Source: Azolla caroliniana
Lineage: Eukaryota > Plantae > Polypodiophyta
NCBI GenBank assembly: GCA_043228905.1
Contig: JBHGNT010000013.1
Span: 7,750,001-7,814,000, forward strand
Length of the DNA stretch: 64,000 nucleotides
Reading direction: 5' to 3'
The position numbers and the translations under genes were made by a program. Below the pieces are notes generated by a model. That model saw nothing but the letters and a program-made list of their open reading frames with translations, was not told where the DNA came from and ran no database searches. Shown here piece after piece: positions 1 to 12,049 of the stretch. The stretch's first letter is position 1, and every line of letters begins with the position of its first letter.

Positions 1-1746
1 GGGATTGGAAAGGCATTTGTGATCGTGACGACATTAAGTTTCCGGTAATCCACAAAAACCCGGATTTGTCCATTCTTTTTTGGGACGACCACAATAGGAC
101 TTAGCCATGTGACCCTTTTTACCAGCCGGATGAATCCTACACATAGTAATTTGTCTATTTCTTCTTTTACTTTCGCTGCATAGTTGGGATTCATACGGTA
201 TCGTCGTTGTTGAATTGGTCGTGCGTCCGTTTGAACGTGTATCTAGTGGTAGTACTGAGGATCTAGGCCTTTCATGTCGTTGTAGAACCACGTGAACACG
301 TCCTGACACTTCGTAAGCAGTCCTATTAAGGCCAATCTATCGCTAGTTGCTAGGTCTTTGGCAATTTTTACAATACGTGGCTCGGAAGGTGAGCCGAGGT
401 TGACGTCTTCTAAGGTGGAGGGTTTTACACACTACGATATTGCTAATTCGTGGTCAAGTGCATCACGGGCTTGTCGAAGTTCTTTTATTGGTGTCGGGTC
501 AGGTTCGTGGGAAACTTCGTGATCGATGGCATTGGTTACGTAGGGTTCGACGATCGAAAGGACGTCGATTTCAAAAAGCGGAACCATCGTAGGGTGGTTA
601 TCTAGGAATGAATTCATCTCGTCGTCTGTGAGACCATCTAACATATGGACTCCTTCAGCGTATAATGGACTATTGTCAGGAGTCGGGGTTTGTGCTTCTG
701 TAAAAATGCGGACTTTAGTTTTCTTGTGCCGAAATGAGATCATGTTACGCTGCCAGTGTTGCTTGATGTTGGCAGTACGCAGCCATGGACGTCCAAGCAA
801 GAGGGGGTAAGCATCAGGGACCTTTAAGCATAGGATTATGGCTGACACGATAAAAGCGTGTCCTCCCAAGGTAAATTCCAAGTTTCAGATGAGGCCTATC
901 GGGCGTATCGACCGTGTATCCGCCATTCGTAACCAGAATGGACACGACTCCGATTGAGTGATGCCGATCTTGTGGCATGTCGCTTCGCTAATGACATTGA
1001 CGCTTGACCCACCATCGATAATGCATCCGGGAACTTCGTGACCTTGTGAGATGAGTTGTATGGCTGGATTTTGTGTCCATCAGATGAGGTTCTGGTGTCC
1101 GGGCCTTGAGGTTTACGGATGGATGCAATGGATCCCGATTTGTGAGGGAATGGATTGTCTCCTTGAGGCGAGGTAACAGGTGGAGCAATTTATGTAGCGG
1201 CATTGAGATTTGGGAATCCGCGAACGCCTGCCACCCGGGATCGGCATCAGTGTGATCGGTAGAGCTAGGTCAATCTGAGTGTGTAGTCTGTAGTTGGTCG
1301 CGTTTCCGTTCATTGGATTCCACTATGTCGGCTTTCATACTGTCTATGTTGGCATTTTTGGTTGCATCTACCCAGTCCTTAGCCTGTTGCCGATGGGGCA
1401 GTGTGGTCGTGAAGGATAGTCAAGGGCGGAGTGCCCAGATCTGGCGCATGCCATGCATTGTAGCGCTTGCTGGAACTGTGTTTCCTCAATCATTGGTAAG
1501 GCAGTTTGAAGCGTGCCTGTGAATGAACTACTATGATGTACCCATTGCAAATGAATTGCTGCAACCACTTGCTCGATGGTTTGTTGTGAAAAATCCGTGA
1601 GAGCCAACGTCGTGTGTAAAGGGTCATAGAGGCCAGCCAGGAACGTATCCTTTAGATGGTTTGCTGAGACATCCTGTGCTAGTTGGCGATAGAGATCTTG
1701 AAATCGGAGAACAAACTAGGATACGACTTCGTTGGGTGCCTGTGTG
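1..1746 (-). mobile_element. Degraded Ty3/gypsy retrotransposon (gag C-part, protease, start of RT); host of the DNA transposon
   Basis: Minus-strand translations give protease segments (DGGSSVNVI...; AYPLLLGRPWLR in ORF 432-881) and the RT N-terminus near 1-110 (WLSPIVVVPKKNGQIRVFVDYRKLN). Many stops and frameshifts. Runs off the left edge. Confidence 0.8.
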
Positions 1747-1777
1747 AACATGTTTGCGTTCAGAAGCGGAAGGATTG
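1747..1777 (+). repeat. Left terminal inverted repeat
   Basis: AACATGTTTGCGTTCAGAAGCGGAAGGATTG; the reverse complement of the right end is AACATGTTCGCGTTCAGAAGTGGAAGGATTG. Confidence 0.92.
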
Positions 1778-2943
1778 CACATTCCACTTTTAGATTCCCT
1801 TTATAGTTACACAATTTTAGCTTGTTGTGAAATATGACGTGCACCAGTATCACATGATAAACCACAGGGGGTGAATTTATTGATTTATTAATCGGATACA
1901 TCTCTATACCGAGAGAACATGCTAGTTATTGGAGAAAATATAAATGTACTAGATTTATTCTTGCAATGTTTACACATTTAGGGTTGGTTTTTACCGCACA
2001 TTCATTTTATACAAATTAATTATTTGACTAAATCATTAACAAACAGGAATTCCATTCTCGCGAGATGTAAAGTGCATAGGTTTACAGTGGTTAAACTTTC
2101 CAAGAGAGGTGTATACGCTATTTGAGAATTTGATATTTACATATTATTGAATACAATACATAATGACTAATAGTTAGTAAAGATCATTAGGATATAATAC
2201 CAAATGTATATGTTCATGACAACACATGAAAATTAGAAGTAGAAAGCGTACTCATAACTATTAGTTTCGATTACATTAGACATATAAGAATATACCCAAA
2301 ACATATATGACTATTATTAAGGTATAGGCAGTGCTAAATTTTTGGGTGCCATAATAGAGATAACTCTCCGATATTAACGTTAAAGCATGTATTAAAATTT
2401 TCATTTGATTGTCTACACATAAACACTAAATCAAGAGGTTAAACACATATATACAAATGGAGTAGTAATAATAATCTATATAGATCACACATTGATAGCC
2501 CTCTATACATCCAGTCCAGAGAACCAACCATAGAAACATGATTATTGTTGTACAATCCCCTCTAATAAAGCAAATACTTCCCAATATCTACAAATGCCTC
2601 CTTCAGTCCCAGTAAATGTTATTTATCATAGTTATTTTATAAGTATAATAAATTCAAAAAGTGATTGGCAATAGCAAACATGGAACTAAGTTTTATAAAC
2701 ACAATTGATGGGTAAATATGAAGAATGAACATGTCCATTTTCTTTGATCTTAACTATATACTTAGATGATAGTCCAACAAATTTAATAAATATGTGCCGC
2801 AAGATATAAACATAGCAACACATTAATTAAAACATAATATAACACCATATCAACAAATAAATTGGATCATATTAGGAAATAGAATTGATTAAAAGATCTT
2901 TGATCAGAAGTAAATACATTAAAAGTTTTTTTATAAACTCTAA

Positions 2944-5900
2944 CTACATCGCTAGGAGAGTATCCATATCATTGGATTCATCATCAATCGGTGAACTATC
3001 ATCCACATTTAGCGCAGTAGTATCCACTCCAGATAGACTCGCTACCATGGGGTCCTCCGTTAAGTCATCGTCAAGCTCTACGAGTTCCCTTGGTTCACTA
3101 GCCAAAGGAGGGATCGGTTCACGAGAGGCAGGCTGAAAACGTTCGGTATTTGCCATATGTTTGGCCCCTACCTCCTCATCTTGATCAGGGCATTCCCAAA
3201 GCACGCGAAGCCTCATGTTGATGAAGTTCACTTGCTCCTCATCTTTCTCCAATGTGACCGAATTTCGGAAAAGCTTCAAAGCACATGCCAAAGTGGTGCC
3301 TAAACACCATAAATAAGAAATAATGAGTATTATCATAGGTCTAAATATAAATAAAACCGTCAACACATTGGGAAAAAATTTCGACCATTTATCTGTGCCA
3401 GAAAACAAGTCCAATATCCAATCATCTTCATTCAAAAACATCTCCACAAGGCGCATCATTAAACGTTGGGGCTTCTGGTAGGGATTCACAAGCCCATGCT
3501 CAGTCGTGGTCACATGTCAAAGCTTCTGTGTCACGGCTGGATATACGAGCAGGTTTGAGCATCCCACCTCATTCGAATGCTCCTTGATTCTTTGCTTCTT
3601 GATCTCGTCATAATAAGCAACTATTATATATTCCATTGCGTTGACGAACTGAAAATTCGGTCCCCTATTTATGTTGGTTTTAATCCTGATCATGGAAAAA
3701 AAAGTTATAAGTAGTTTAAATTACAATATATAATTCCTATTGAAATACAGTGCTTTCGATAAAATCCTCACCAAGCAAGGTTCTCAATTCCATGGCAATG
3801 AGATCTCAATGCTTGAGCCACAGAATATCCATGATCCATGCTATGAAATATTACAATTCTCCACAAGGAAGCGGTGGTCAAGTCGGCAAAATCTTTTACC
3901 ATTTTTTCCAACTGCTTGAACCTAAAAGGTTCATCATCGTAGATTGAACCAGCCATACGAAAACCGTATGGAATATCAGCTACCATTAACGTATACTGTT
4001 TCTTTGGCAGCTTCTGGATCATGTCATCCACATCACCACAATAAACATTGTAGCACAGATCTCTGGTGATGTCTTTTTTGTGGCTGAACTTCTTGAAGGT
4101 GCCATCATCTTCCACCTCAAACACCCTTACCAAGCATCAATCCTTCTCTTTTCTGGCCCTTTCAAGATGCGCAAGAAAGGATGTTGGAAAGTCATGTATA
4201 TCCTTTATTTCAGTAGGCCTCTTACTTTGACATGGTTTCTAAAAAAAATAAGACATCAACAAAGTTATAGTGATACACGGGATGGACCACCAAAAATTGA
4301 TCAAACAAAGAGTTATACTCACCCAATCCTTAAATGGAATGAAATATTCTGATAACGCCTTGTACGAAGACGTTATCGGATATTCTTCAGTCACTTGTTC
4401 CCACGATAAGCAACCTAGTTGCTTCATCATCACTTCTTGTATTTTCATATAGACTTTGTGGCTGAAAATTTATAAACCAACATTAAAAATTCATTACTTA
4501 AAACAAGATAAACCATAAAAAATTTAGTAAGACCTTACTTGTTGAACTCTGTAACCATTTCCTCTAGGCTCAACTCCTTTGCTACAACTCTTGAAAGCAC
4601 AGATATAAGAACTTGCTCATCTTTGATCCCTTGCATTGCCCTCCATAAAGACAACTTCATATCATTTGCCGCTTCCTCAATGGTAAGCTCAATCTTCTTC
4701 GCAACTGAGCTCTTCAATTCTAATTGAGGGTCAACTTTCGAATTCTTTTGTCTTTGACCCTTCACTTCCTTATTCTCCCACATCGTAAATATTTGATCTT
4801 GAAGATCCCAGACTCCTCCATCCCTAAATGCGAATTGAAACCACGGCTCATACTTTCTGATTCCATCAGACTTCATCGCATCGTCCACCACAATTCCCAC
4901 TTCGTGGAGACATTGACGTTGTAGAGCTGGATATAATTTCGCTCCAAATTTGGTTTCCCTGTCGAGGTACTCATGGTGAAAAAATCTAATGCGTTCGATG
5001 GAGGACATCTTCTGCCGGTAGTCATTGTCGTTATTGTGGTCCCATGCTAACAACTTCGCCTCCCCAGTTGTTAACCCCACATAAATTTTGCATTCCGCAT
5101 ATTTGAAGAAGAACGTTGTGGGATGCTCACAGAATAATTGTCGTCTTGCCTCCGTCGAGTGAGATCCTCCAATCACAAAATAATTGTATTGTTTGTGGTT
5201 CTTAATATCAAAATCCTCTAGCTTAGAGCACTCAAGAGGATCCACCATTACAATAAAAGGCACCACCATTGCATGAGGGTTGATTTTCATCTTATTCTTT
5301 AAATTTTGGACGTGCAGCTTATGTGGTTCCCTGATCTCCAAAGGGCGACGTCCTGTATTCTCATCCAGAGGGGGGTGATGAATATGGGTTATCGGAAGGT
5401 TAAAAACTTTCCCCTTTCGCACAAGTTTTCTATGTATTAATAAGTCCCTTCTAATTTTATTTTGGTCTGATGAGAACACACTAGATGCCAGCTCTGCTCC
5501 TAGTGTAGCTTGAGCCTCTTCATCCTCTGTTGAACTCGATGACTCAGAATCTGACATTCTCGTCACCTTCATTTTTGGAGGCCTGGATTGCACTGCAAAT
5601 TTCCTTATTGGTGCTTTAATAGGCGATAAGGAGGTTGTCTTCAAATTAACATGACCTTGAATATATGGCCTCAGTGTTGTTATTAAGTTAGTACTTGTCT
5701 CAATAGCATGTCGGAAGGATTCTGGCCCGCATGAATCCTTCAACAAGTAGTCTTCGGAGACCATCATCTGTTAGACTCAATTTGTACAATTGACTAATAC
5801 AATCAAATTAGCTGAATCTGCATGTTCATAGTCCAACCGCAAGATTTTGACACAGCTAAATGCACGATCTTGAGCAAACATACCACGTCCAGCCAGTTTG

Positions 5901-6179
5901 GTAACTAACAATACTACTTTCTTTTACGAGTCTACATATTGCATTGCCCACTCATATCCAGTTAAGTCAATGCCTAACTGGTCGTCACTTCCTCCAACCG
6001 CGACAGATGTTTTCTGACTAACCTCGTCAGACGGCTGCCTCACGACTTCGTCTTCAAACATGAGTTTCTTTCCTTTTTGTGGATATGTCACAACAGGGAT
6101 CTTTATGGTGTTTGGAAGTGAGCTTTGATACTTAATCCGAATTCTTTTGAGTGGCCTCTCCTCTTTAGAGTCAGTCGAC
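2944..6179 (-). pseudogene. Spliced gene for a ParB-like domain fused to a beta-class (N4C/N6A) DNA methyltransferase; exons 6179-4539, 4461-4323, 4238-3772, 3685-3393, 3299-2944
   Basis: Introns of 77, 84, 86 and 93 bp join the ORF pieces in frame. Three are GT-AG; the fourth donor reads AT. Motifs: ParB-like REPHKLHVQNLKNKM..PFIVMV..FVIGGSHSTEAR; catalytic motif IV variant ADIPYG (DIPY at 3977-3966); W.K..E.IIV; NPYQKPQRLM..DWILDLFSGTG-TTL..ALKL.RN.VTLEKD (motifs X, I, II). Five in-frame stops at 5926, 5779, 5773, 4139 and 3519. Confidence 0.88.
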
Positions 6180-6292
6180 CTGCATGAAATAATACAACAG
6201 ATGAACCTAAACCTATAATCTCTCAAATGAAAATGTATTGTAGTCTAGAAAATGCGATAACAAAAAATAGTTTGGCCTTATGAAGCTCTTTC

Positions 6293-6568
6293 TGTTGGAA
6301 GCGATGTCGTCAGTGCGGAAGATCAAGAAGCATTCGATTCAACCTGAATACTTGCGTATGACAGTTTCTGAGATAGTGCACAGAGAGAGAGAGAGGCACA
6401 AAACGAGTTTCTTATTCCCAAAGCAATAATACAACATCCAACCTCACAAAGAGGTTACAAGGTCACTATATATAGTGACCGACTTAGGGCAACTACCCTT
6501 TATGCTAATTACATAAATGGCCAAAACGGGATAGTGTGAATACGTCCATTATACACATGTATTCGACA
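6293..6568 (-). repeat. 3' LTR of the intact copia
   Basis: TGTTGGAAGC...ATTCGACA, adjacent to the PPT and near-identical to 11457-11732. Confidence 0.95.
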
Positions 6569-6761
6569 CTCCCCCGTAATGGGCGTATACATGGATTATC
6601 TAAGATTACAGGTATAGACTTAGGTTCTCGGACATATCAGCTTTGTTCGAGTCGGCAGGGTCCGAAGGCAGAAGACCGAACTGGTCGGGTCGGAACAGTT
6701 GAAGCCGATCATTAAGGAACTGATGTCGGTTGTCGGGAACCATCCTGCTCTGTGTCCGGCT

Positions 6762-9700
6762 CTAACCGGACTGGTTTGTCGTTACGCCCATCTGAAGCCG
6801 AAGAGACCGAAAACGGTCTGCCGAGAGACACTTGGTCATTCCATCTGCGACATTGTCGGTTGTGGATATTTTCGCTAGATCGATTTTCCCTGAAATGACG
6901 CAGTCCCGAACGAAGTGATATCGAACGTCGATATGTTTGGAGGCGTTGTGGTGAACCGGATTTTTTGACAAGGCAACAGCACCTTGACTGTCGCTGTAGA
7001 CAACTGGAGCCGAGTCATGGTCGACTTGTCGAAACATGTGCGCCAGCCGACCGAGCCACAAAGCTTCTTTTGCTGCGTCGGACGCAGCTACATATTCTGC
7101 TTCGGTCGTTGAGGTCGCTGTGCACTCCTGAAGTTTCGACTTCCACGAGATTGCTCCATTGCCGAATTTGAAGCAGTATCCGGTTGTTGATTTCCGACTG
7201 TCTATACAGCCGGCGAAATCCGAGTCGGTGTAACCGACTACGCCTGAGGTTCGGTTCGGACCGAAAAGAATGCCGTGGTCTTTTGTGCCAGCCAGATATC
7301 TGAACACATGCTTGACTGCGTTCCAATGCGATCGGCCAGGATTGTGCATAAATCTGCTAACGACTCCTACGGCGCGAGAAATATCAGGCCGTGTCGCGAC
7401 CATCAGGTACATAAGGGAGCCGACTGCCGGTGCATACGGTACCGACTTCATATCTTCCCCCTCCGGACCGGATGTCGGGCAGTCTCGCTGAGAGAGCCGA
7501 AGATTCATGGGGAGCGGGGTTGAAGCAGATTTGGCTGATTGCATGTTGAAGCGTTCTAAGACACGTCCGATATAGTCGGTCTGAGACAAAAAAAGATGTC
7601 GTTTATCGCGATGCCGACTAATCTTCATGCCAAGGATGTGTCGTGCCGGACCGAGGTCCTTCATGGCAAACTTCAACCGCAGTTGCCGAATGAGATCGGC
7701 AAGTTCGCCCGCGTGGCGTCCAGAAATTAGCATGTCGTCCACGTAGATGATGAGGAAGATGGGGGATCCATCTTGAGCTGTGTTGGTAAAGAGACAATGG
7801 TCCTCATCGCTTTTGGAGAAGCCGATCGATTGGATGAAGTCGTCGAACTTCTTGTACCATTGTCGCGGTGCCTGTTTGAGGCCGTATAGACTCTTCCTGA
7901 GTCGGCAGACTAGATGTTCTTGGCCGGTGGCCACGAAGCCTTTGGGCTGCTCCATATAAATTTCCTCCTCGAGATCACCATGGAGGAAGGCTGTTTTGAC
8001 ATCTAGCTGAATCAGCTCCAAGTTGTCGGCTGCCACTACGCCGAGTAGGAAACGAAGGGTTGTCATTTTCACCACTGGTGAGAAAATCTCGTCGAAGTCG
8101 ACGCCATATTCTTGTCGGAAGCCCTTCGCAACTAATCTAGCCTTGTACTTTGGGGTGGTCGAATCAGACGTCTCTTTCAGTCGATAAACCCACTTGCAAG
8201 GAAGAGCACGTCGATTCTTAGGTAATTCGACCAGGTCCCAAGTCTTGTTTGCCCGAATGGAGTGCATTTCCGACTCCATCGCCAGATGCCAGGTGGCTGA
8301 ATCGACAGATGTCGATGCTTCTTCGTAAGACGTCGGTTCGCCGGCGTCGGTGAAGAAAATTCCAGGAGAATACCTCTCCGGAGGTTGCGACAGTCTCTCG
8401 GATCGTCGAGGTATGATTGGACTGGTCGCATCGGGTATCGAGGTCGGATGGTCCGAAAGCGGATTGTTCTGCTGCGCCGAGTCGGGGTTGTCCGAGTCGG
8501 TAGTGTGAGGTTCAGCTACCCGTGAAGCTGACCGTGTGTTAAGAGCGGGGCCTTCTTGAAGGGTCGGCACATCGGAAAATGTTACCCTTCGGACTTCGAT
8601 CGGTTTTTCGATTGATGGATTCATAGCCGACTCGTTGAACACAACGTCCGAACTTCGAACGATTTGTCTGCGTTCGGGATCCCAGAGTCGGTATCCCATT
8701 TCGCCGTCGGATCCATATCCAAGGAAAATGCATTTCCTGGACCGAGGTGCAAGTTTTCGGCGATCATCTTTCGGAATAAGGGCGTACGCCTCGCATCCGA
8801 AGATCCTCAGCTTGTCGTAATTCGGCTTACTGCCGATCCATAGTTCCTGAGGAATTTGAAGTCCTAGAGGTCTACTTGGCGACATATTGATTATGTGTAC
8901 TGCCGTGAGTAGAGCCTCTGCCCAGAAGCCATCCGACAGTTCGGAGTGTTGGAGCATGGAAACTATCCGTTCTTGGATTGTCCGATTCATGCGTTCGGCA
9001 ATCCCGTTTTGCTCCGGGCTGTGTGGTGCCGTAAATTCACGTCGGATGCCGCGTTGTCGGCAGAATTTGACGAATTCTTCAGATTTGAACTCTCCCCCAT
9101 TGTCTGTCCGAAAGCATTTCAGCTTTCGGTCGGTTTGATTTTCTACCATAGCGAGCCAATCGGTGAAGATCGAGAAGACCCGATCTTTGGTGCGAATTGG
9201 ATAAGCCCACACCTTTCGAGTCGAATCGTCAATAAAAGTGACGAAGTAAGAGGCACCGCCAAGAGACTGATGCGGCATTGGGCCACAGACGTCCGAGTGG
9301 ACCAAATCGAGAGGTCTCGTTTCTCTTGGTGCTGATGTCGGGTGTGATGCGGCTGCTTGTTTGCCATACTGGCAATGCTCGCAGAATTGATGGTCGGAGA
9401 AGGAGAGTTTGGGGATGTATCCGGCTCTAGATAGATGCGTGATGCCGGCCTTGCTGAGGTGTCCTAATCTTCTGTGCCATAGTGATGACACAGGAATATC
9501 CACCAAAAACAGGTTACCCTCTCTGAGTGTAACATGTAACGGATACAGTGAGTGTATCTTGGGTCCTCTAGCAAGCAGGAGGTTCCCCCTGTGGAGTGTC
9601 CACCCTCCCGAAGAAAAACCGGCACGAATGCCGTCTTCATCTAGTTGTCCGACTGAGATCAATGGCCTTGAGAGCTCGGGTACATGTCGGACATTGTGGA

Positions 9701-10775
9701 GTACAAGTGTAGAGCCACCTGCAAGGTTGAGCTCTACTGTGCCGATTCCGATGATGTCACAGTGTTGTGAGTTGCCGACTCGAACTGAGTCGGAGTGACG
9801 GATCGTATATTGCCGAAATTGGGATCGATGAGGAGTCACGTGAAATGACGCGCCCGAATCTAAGAGCCATGTGCTCGATTCTTCAGTCGTGAGTAGAACT
9901 TCTGATCCGACTGGATTTTCGATTGATAGTATATTCGGGTCGTCCGGTAGTACATCAGCTGAGAAGCTGACGTAATTGATCTCCTCATGCCGGCCACTCT
10001 TCTTGTTGTTTTTGTTCTTGAGTGCGCGGCAGTCGGCTTTGATGTGTCCGGGTTTCTTGCAATAGTTGCAGATTCGGTTATCCCGTGACTGGCTCCGTCT
10101 TCGCTGATTGTTCGGCGGTCGTGAGGAATCTCTTCCTCGTATGTTCGATCGGTCCGTCGAACCTTGTACTACATAAGCGTCGTCTGTTGAGTCTTTGGCG
10201 AAAGACTTTCTCCGAGCTGCTTCGGTCAGGATTGCGCTCGTGACTTCGGAGTATTTAACAGCCGTGGTTGACGCGTTGCACACGGTTGTGACGAAAGTTT
10301 CCCATGATGAGGGAAGGCTGCTCATGAGTATCATTGCTCTGAGTTCATCCTCGATTGTCGTCCCCTGTGACGAGATTTGGGAGCTTATGCTTTCGTACTC
10401 ATTGAGGTGTGCTTGGACCGAATCGGATTCTTTCATCCGCAGGTTGTAGAGGCGCCGGATCAGAAACATCTTCGTTGCGGCGACCTTCTTTTCGTAGGTG
10501 TCCGACAGTGTTTTCCACAGTTCAAATGCTGTCGTACACGATTGCACCGTAAAGTATACCGATTCCGATAGGTGCATCCGAATCGTGGCGCGGACGATTC
10601 TGTCCAGCTTCTGCCACTCAATTGGTTTGTATCCTTCTGGAGGTTCTTCATTTTCGATGGGATCGATTTGCCCCTTGACTATGAGATAGTCCTGCATTTG
10701 CTCCTTCCAGAAGTTAAAGTTCGATCCATCGAACTTTCGTAGACTCATTTCTGATGAGCCGGATGTTGATGCCAT
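6762..10775 (-). CDS. Copia Gag-Pol polyprotein (Gag, zinc knuckle, protease, integrase, RT, RNase H), uninterrupted 1337 aa
   Basis: CNYCKKPGHIKADC knuckle; WLLDSGAS protease; integrase HHCC and DDE (VHSDVCGP, TDNGGEF, NGIAER); RT YGLKQAPRQW and YVDDML; RNase H YTDSDFAG..KHIDVRYHFVR. Confidence 0.97.
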   Translation of the reverse strand: MASTSGSSEMSLRKFDGSNFNFWKEQMQDYLIVKGQIDPIENEEPPEGYKPIEWQKLDRIVRATIRMHLSESVYFTVQSCTTAFELWKTLSDTYEKKVAATKMFLIRRLYNLRMKESDSVQAHLNEYESISSQISSQGTTIEDELRAMILMSSLPSSWETFVTTVCNASTTAVKYSEVTSAILTEAARRKSFAKDSTDDAYVVQGSTDRSNIRGRDSSRPPNNQRRRSQSRDNRICNYCKKPGHIKADCRALKNKNNKKSGRHEEINYVSFSADVLPDDPNILSIENPVGSEVLLTTEESSTWLLDSGASFHVTPHRSQFRQYTIRHSDSVRVGNSQHCDIIGIGTVELNLAGGSTLVLHNVRHVPELSRPLISVGQLDEDGIRAGFSSGGWTLHRGNLLLARGPKIHSLYPLHVTLREGNLFLVDIPVSSLWHRRLGHLSKAGITHLSRAGYIPKLSFSDHQFCEHCQYGKQAAASHPTSAPRETRPLDLVHSDVCGPMPHQSLGGASYFVTFIDDSTRKVWAYPIRTKDRVFSIFTDWLAMVENQTDRKLKCFRTDNGGEFKSEEFVKFCRQRGIRREFTAPHSPEQNGIAERMNRTIQERIVSMLQHSELSDGFWAEALLTAVHIINMSPSRPLGLQIPQELWIGSKPNYDKLRIFGCEAYALIPKDDRRKLAPRSRKCIFLGYGSDGEMGYRLWDPERRQIVRSSDVVFNESAMNPSIEKPIEVRRVTFSDVPTLQEGPALNTRSASRVAEPHTTDSDNPDSAQQNNPLSDHPTSIPDATSPIIPRRSERLSQPPERYSPGIFFTDAGEPTSYEEASTSVDSATWHLAMESEMHSIRANKTWDLVELPKNRRALPCKWVYRLKETSDSTTPKYKARLVAKGFRQEYGVDFDEIFSPVVKMTTLRFLLGVVAADNLELIQLDVKTAFLHGDLEEEIYMEQPKGFVATGQEHLVCRLRKSLYGLKQAPRQWYKKFDDFIQSIGFSKSDEDHCLFTNTAQDGSPIFLIIYVDDMLISGRHAGELADLIRQLRLKFAMKDLGPARHILGMKISRHRDKRHLFLSQTDYIGRVLERFNMQSAKSASTPLPMNLRLSQRDCPTSGPEGEDMKSVPYAPAVGSLMYLMVATRPDISRAVGVVSRFMHNPGRSHWNAVKHVFRYLAGTKDHGILFGPNRTSGVVGYTDSDFAGCIDSRKSTTGYCFKFGNGAISWKSKLQECTATSTTEAEYVAASDAAKEALWLGRLAHMFRQVDHDSAPVVYSDSQGAVALSKNPVHHNASKHIDVRYHFVRDCVISGKIDLAKISTTDNVADGMTKCLSADRFRSLRLQMGVTTNQSG

Positions 10776-11456
10776 TAAATTCGGTTTCGGTTGACGAAGC
10801 TCGGTTCGGAGTCGACTACGAACCTTGTTGGAGTGCAGCCGGTTGGCTCACCCGATATCGTTCTAGTCGGATTTGAACCCGAGTAGGTTCGGCTTCGGAG
10901 CTTGCTCGAATTGACTTCGGTAGCTTGAGGGACAGAACCGACTGGTCTTCCCGAATGTTACCGAGTCGGAGTGAGTCCGGTTCGCTTCGGATATATCTGC
11001 CGAATACCGATTATTAAAAACCGATTATCTGAACCGATTCTGCTTCGGGTGGCTGCAGCGACGAGAGAGATGGATCCAACTGATCCTCTCAAATGTCGAT
11101 CAGCCGGATGAAGCACGAATTGGGGTTGTTGTCTTGAGACCGATCTGCACCGAGTGGTTACAACGAGCGGCGATTGATGACCTCTTCGGATGCCGTTTAA
11201 CCGAATGGAGCACGATCGTGTCAATGTTGCACAAGGGGATTTCACCTCGAGCGGTTACGATCACGAAGGACAGAGTACAACCTACTGGCTTCCTCCAAGC
11301 AAAGATGATCTAACGCAATGAGATGCAAACCTGGTTTTTGTTCTTCTTCTCTCTTTCTTCGAATGACGCAAATACTGTGCAGGCCGCGGTGAAGTGAAGA
11401 ACCGAATGCTGTGCAGGCGGTGATGACGGCCGAACCTCGAATGCTCTGATACCAGA

Positions 11457-11732
11457 TGTTGGAAGCGATGTCGTCAGTGCGGAAGATCAAGAAGCATTCG
11501 ATTCAACCTGAATACCTGCGTATGACAGTTTCTGAGATAGTGCACAGAGAGAGAGAGAGGCACAAAACGAGTTTCTTATTCCCAAAGCAATAATACAACA
11601 TCCAACCTCACAAAGAGGTTACAAGGTCACTATATATAGTGACCGACTTAGGGCAACTACCCTTTATGCTAATTACATAAATGGCCAAAACGGGATAGTG
11701 TGAATACGTCCATTATACACATGTATTCGACA
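11457..11732 (-). repeat. 5' LTR of the intact copia
   Basis: Adjacent to the Met PBS and flanked by the TSD CTTTC. Confidence 0.95.
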
Positions 11733-12049
11733 CTTTCCTGGCCAGTAGTGTAGTGGAGAAAGATTTGTATGGGGTGTCAAATTATATACAGTATGAAAAT
11801 TGGTAGTATGGAATGCCAAATTAGCAATCCAGTATAATTATGGATTTGAAACCTAGGGACTGGACAGAGGAAAATGTATATTTAACGTCTCATAGTCCAC
11901 CAGACACTAAAATTAGTAAGATTTTGGTATCCCTAGCAGTACATAAATATCAACTTTATTGACCCAATTTTACCGTATTTTGACTTAATTTAGAATTTTT
12001 GAACCTATTTTTACTATTTATTTTTGGTCTAATGTGTGTTATGACCCCC

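Larger units (their letters stand above)
6293..11732 (-). mobile_element. Intact, very recent Ty1/copia LTR retrotransposon (5,440 bp)
   Basis: 276-bp TG..CA LTRs at 6293-6568 and 11457-11732 (I see one mismatch). TSD CTTTC at 6288-6292 and 11733-11737. tRNA-iMet PBS (rc GCTCTGATACCA, 11443-11454). PPT (rc CTCCCCC from 6569). Confidence 0.97.

Noticed and set aside
3300-3392. Transmembrane-like segment in ORF 2944-3513 (DKWSKFF..YLWCL)
   Set aside because: It is a 93-bp AT-rich intron read through in frame. Removing it restores FSGTG-TT.
2944-5767. Bacterial contamination or a restriction-modification locus
   Set aside because: The gene has spliceosomal introns, sits inside TIRs nested among plant LTR elements, and no endonuclease partner is visible.
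6965-10689. Many short ORFs overlapping the copia polyprotein, and likewise in 48144-53111 and 59384-63063
   Set aside because: They are antisense or alternative-frame shadows of GC-rich gag-pol sequence.
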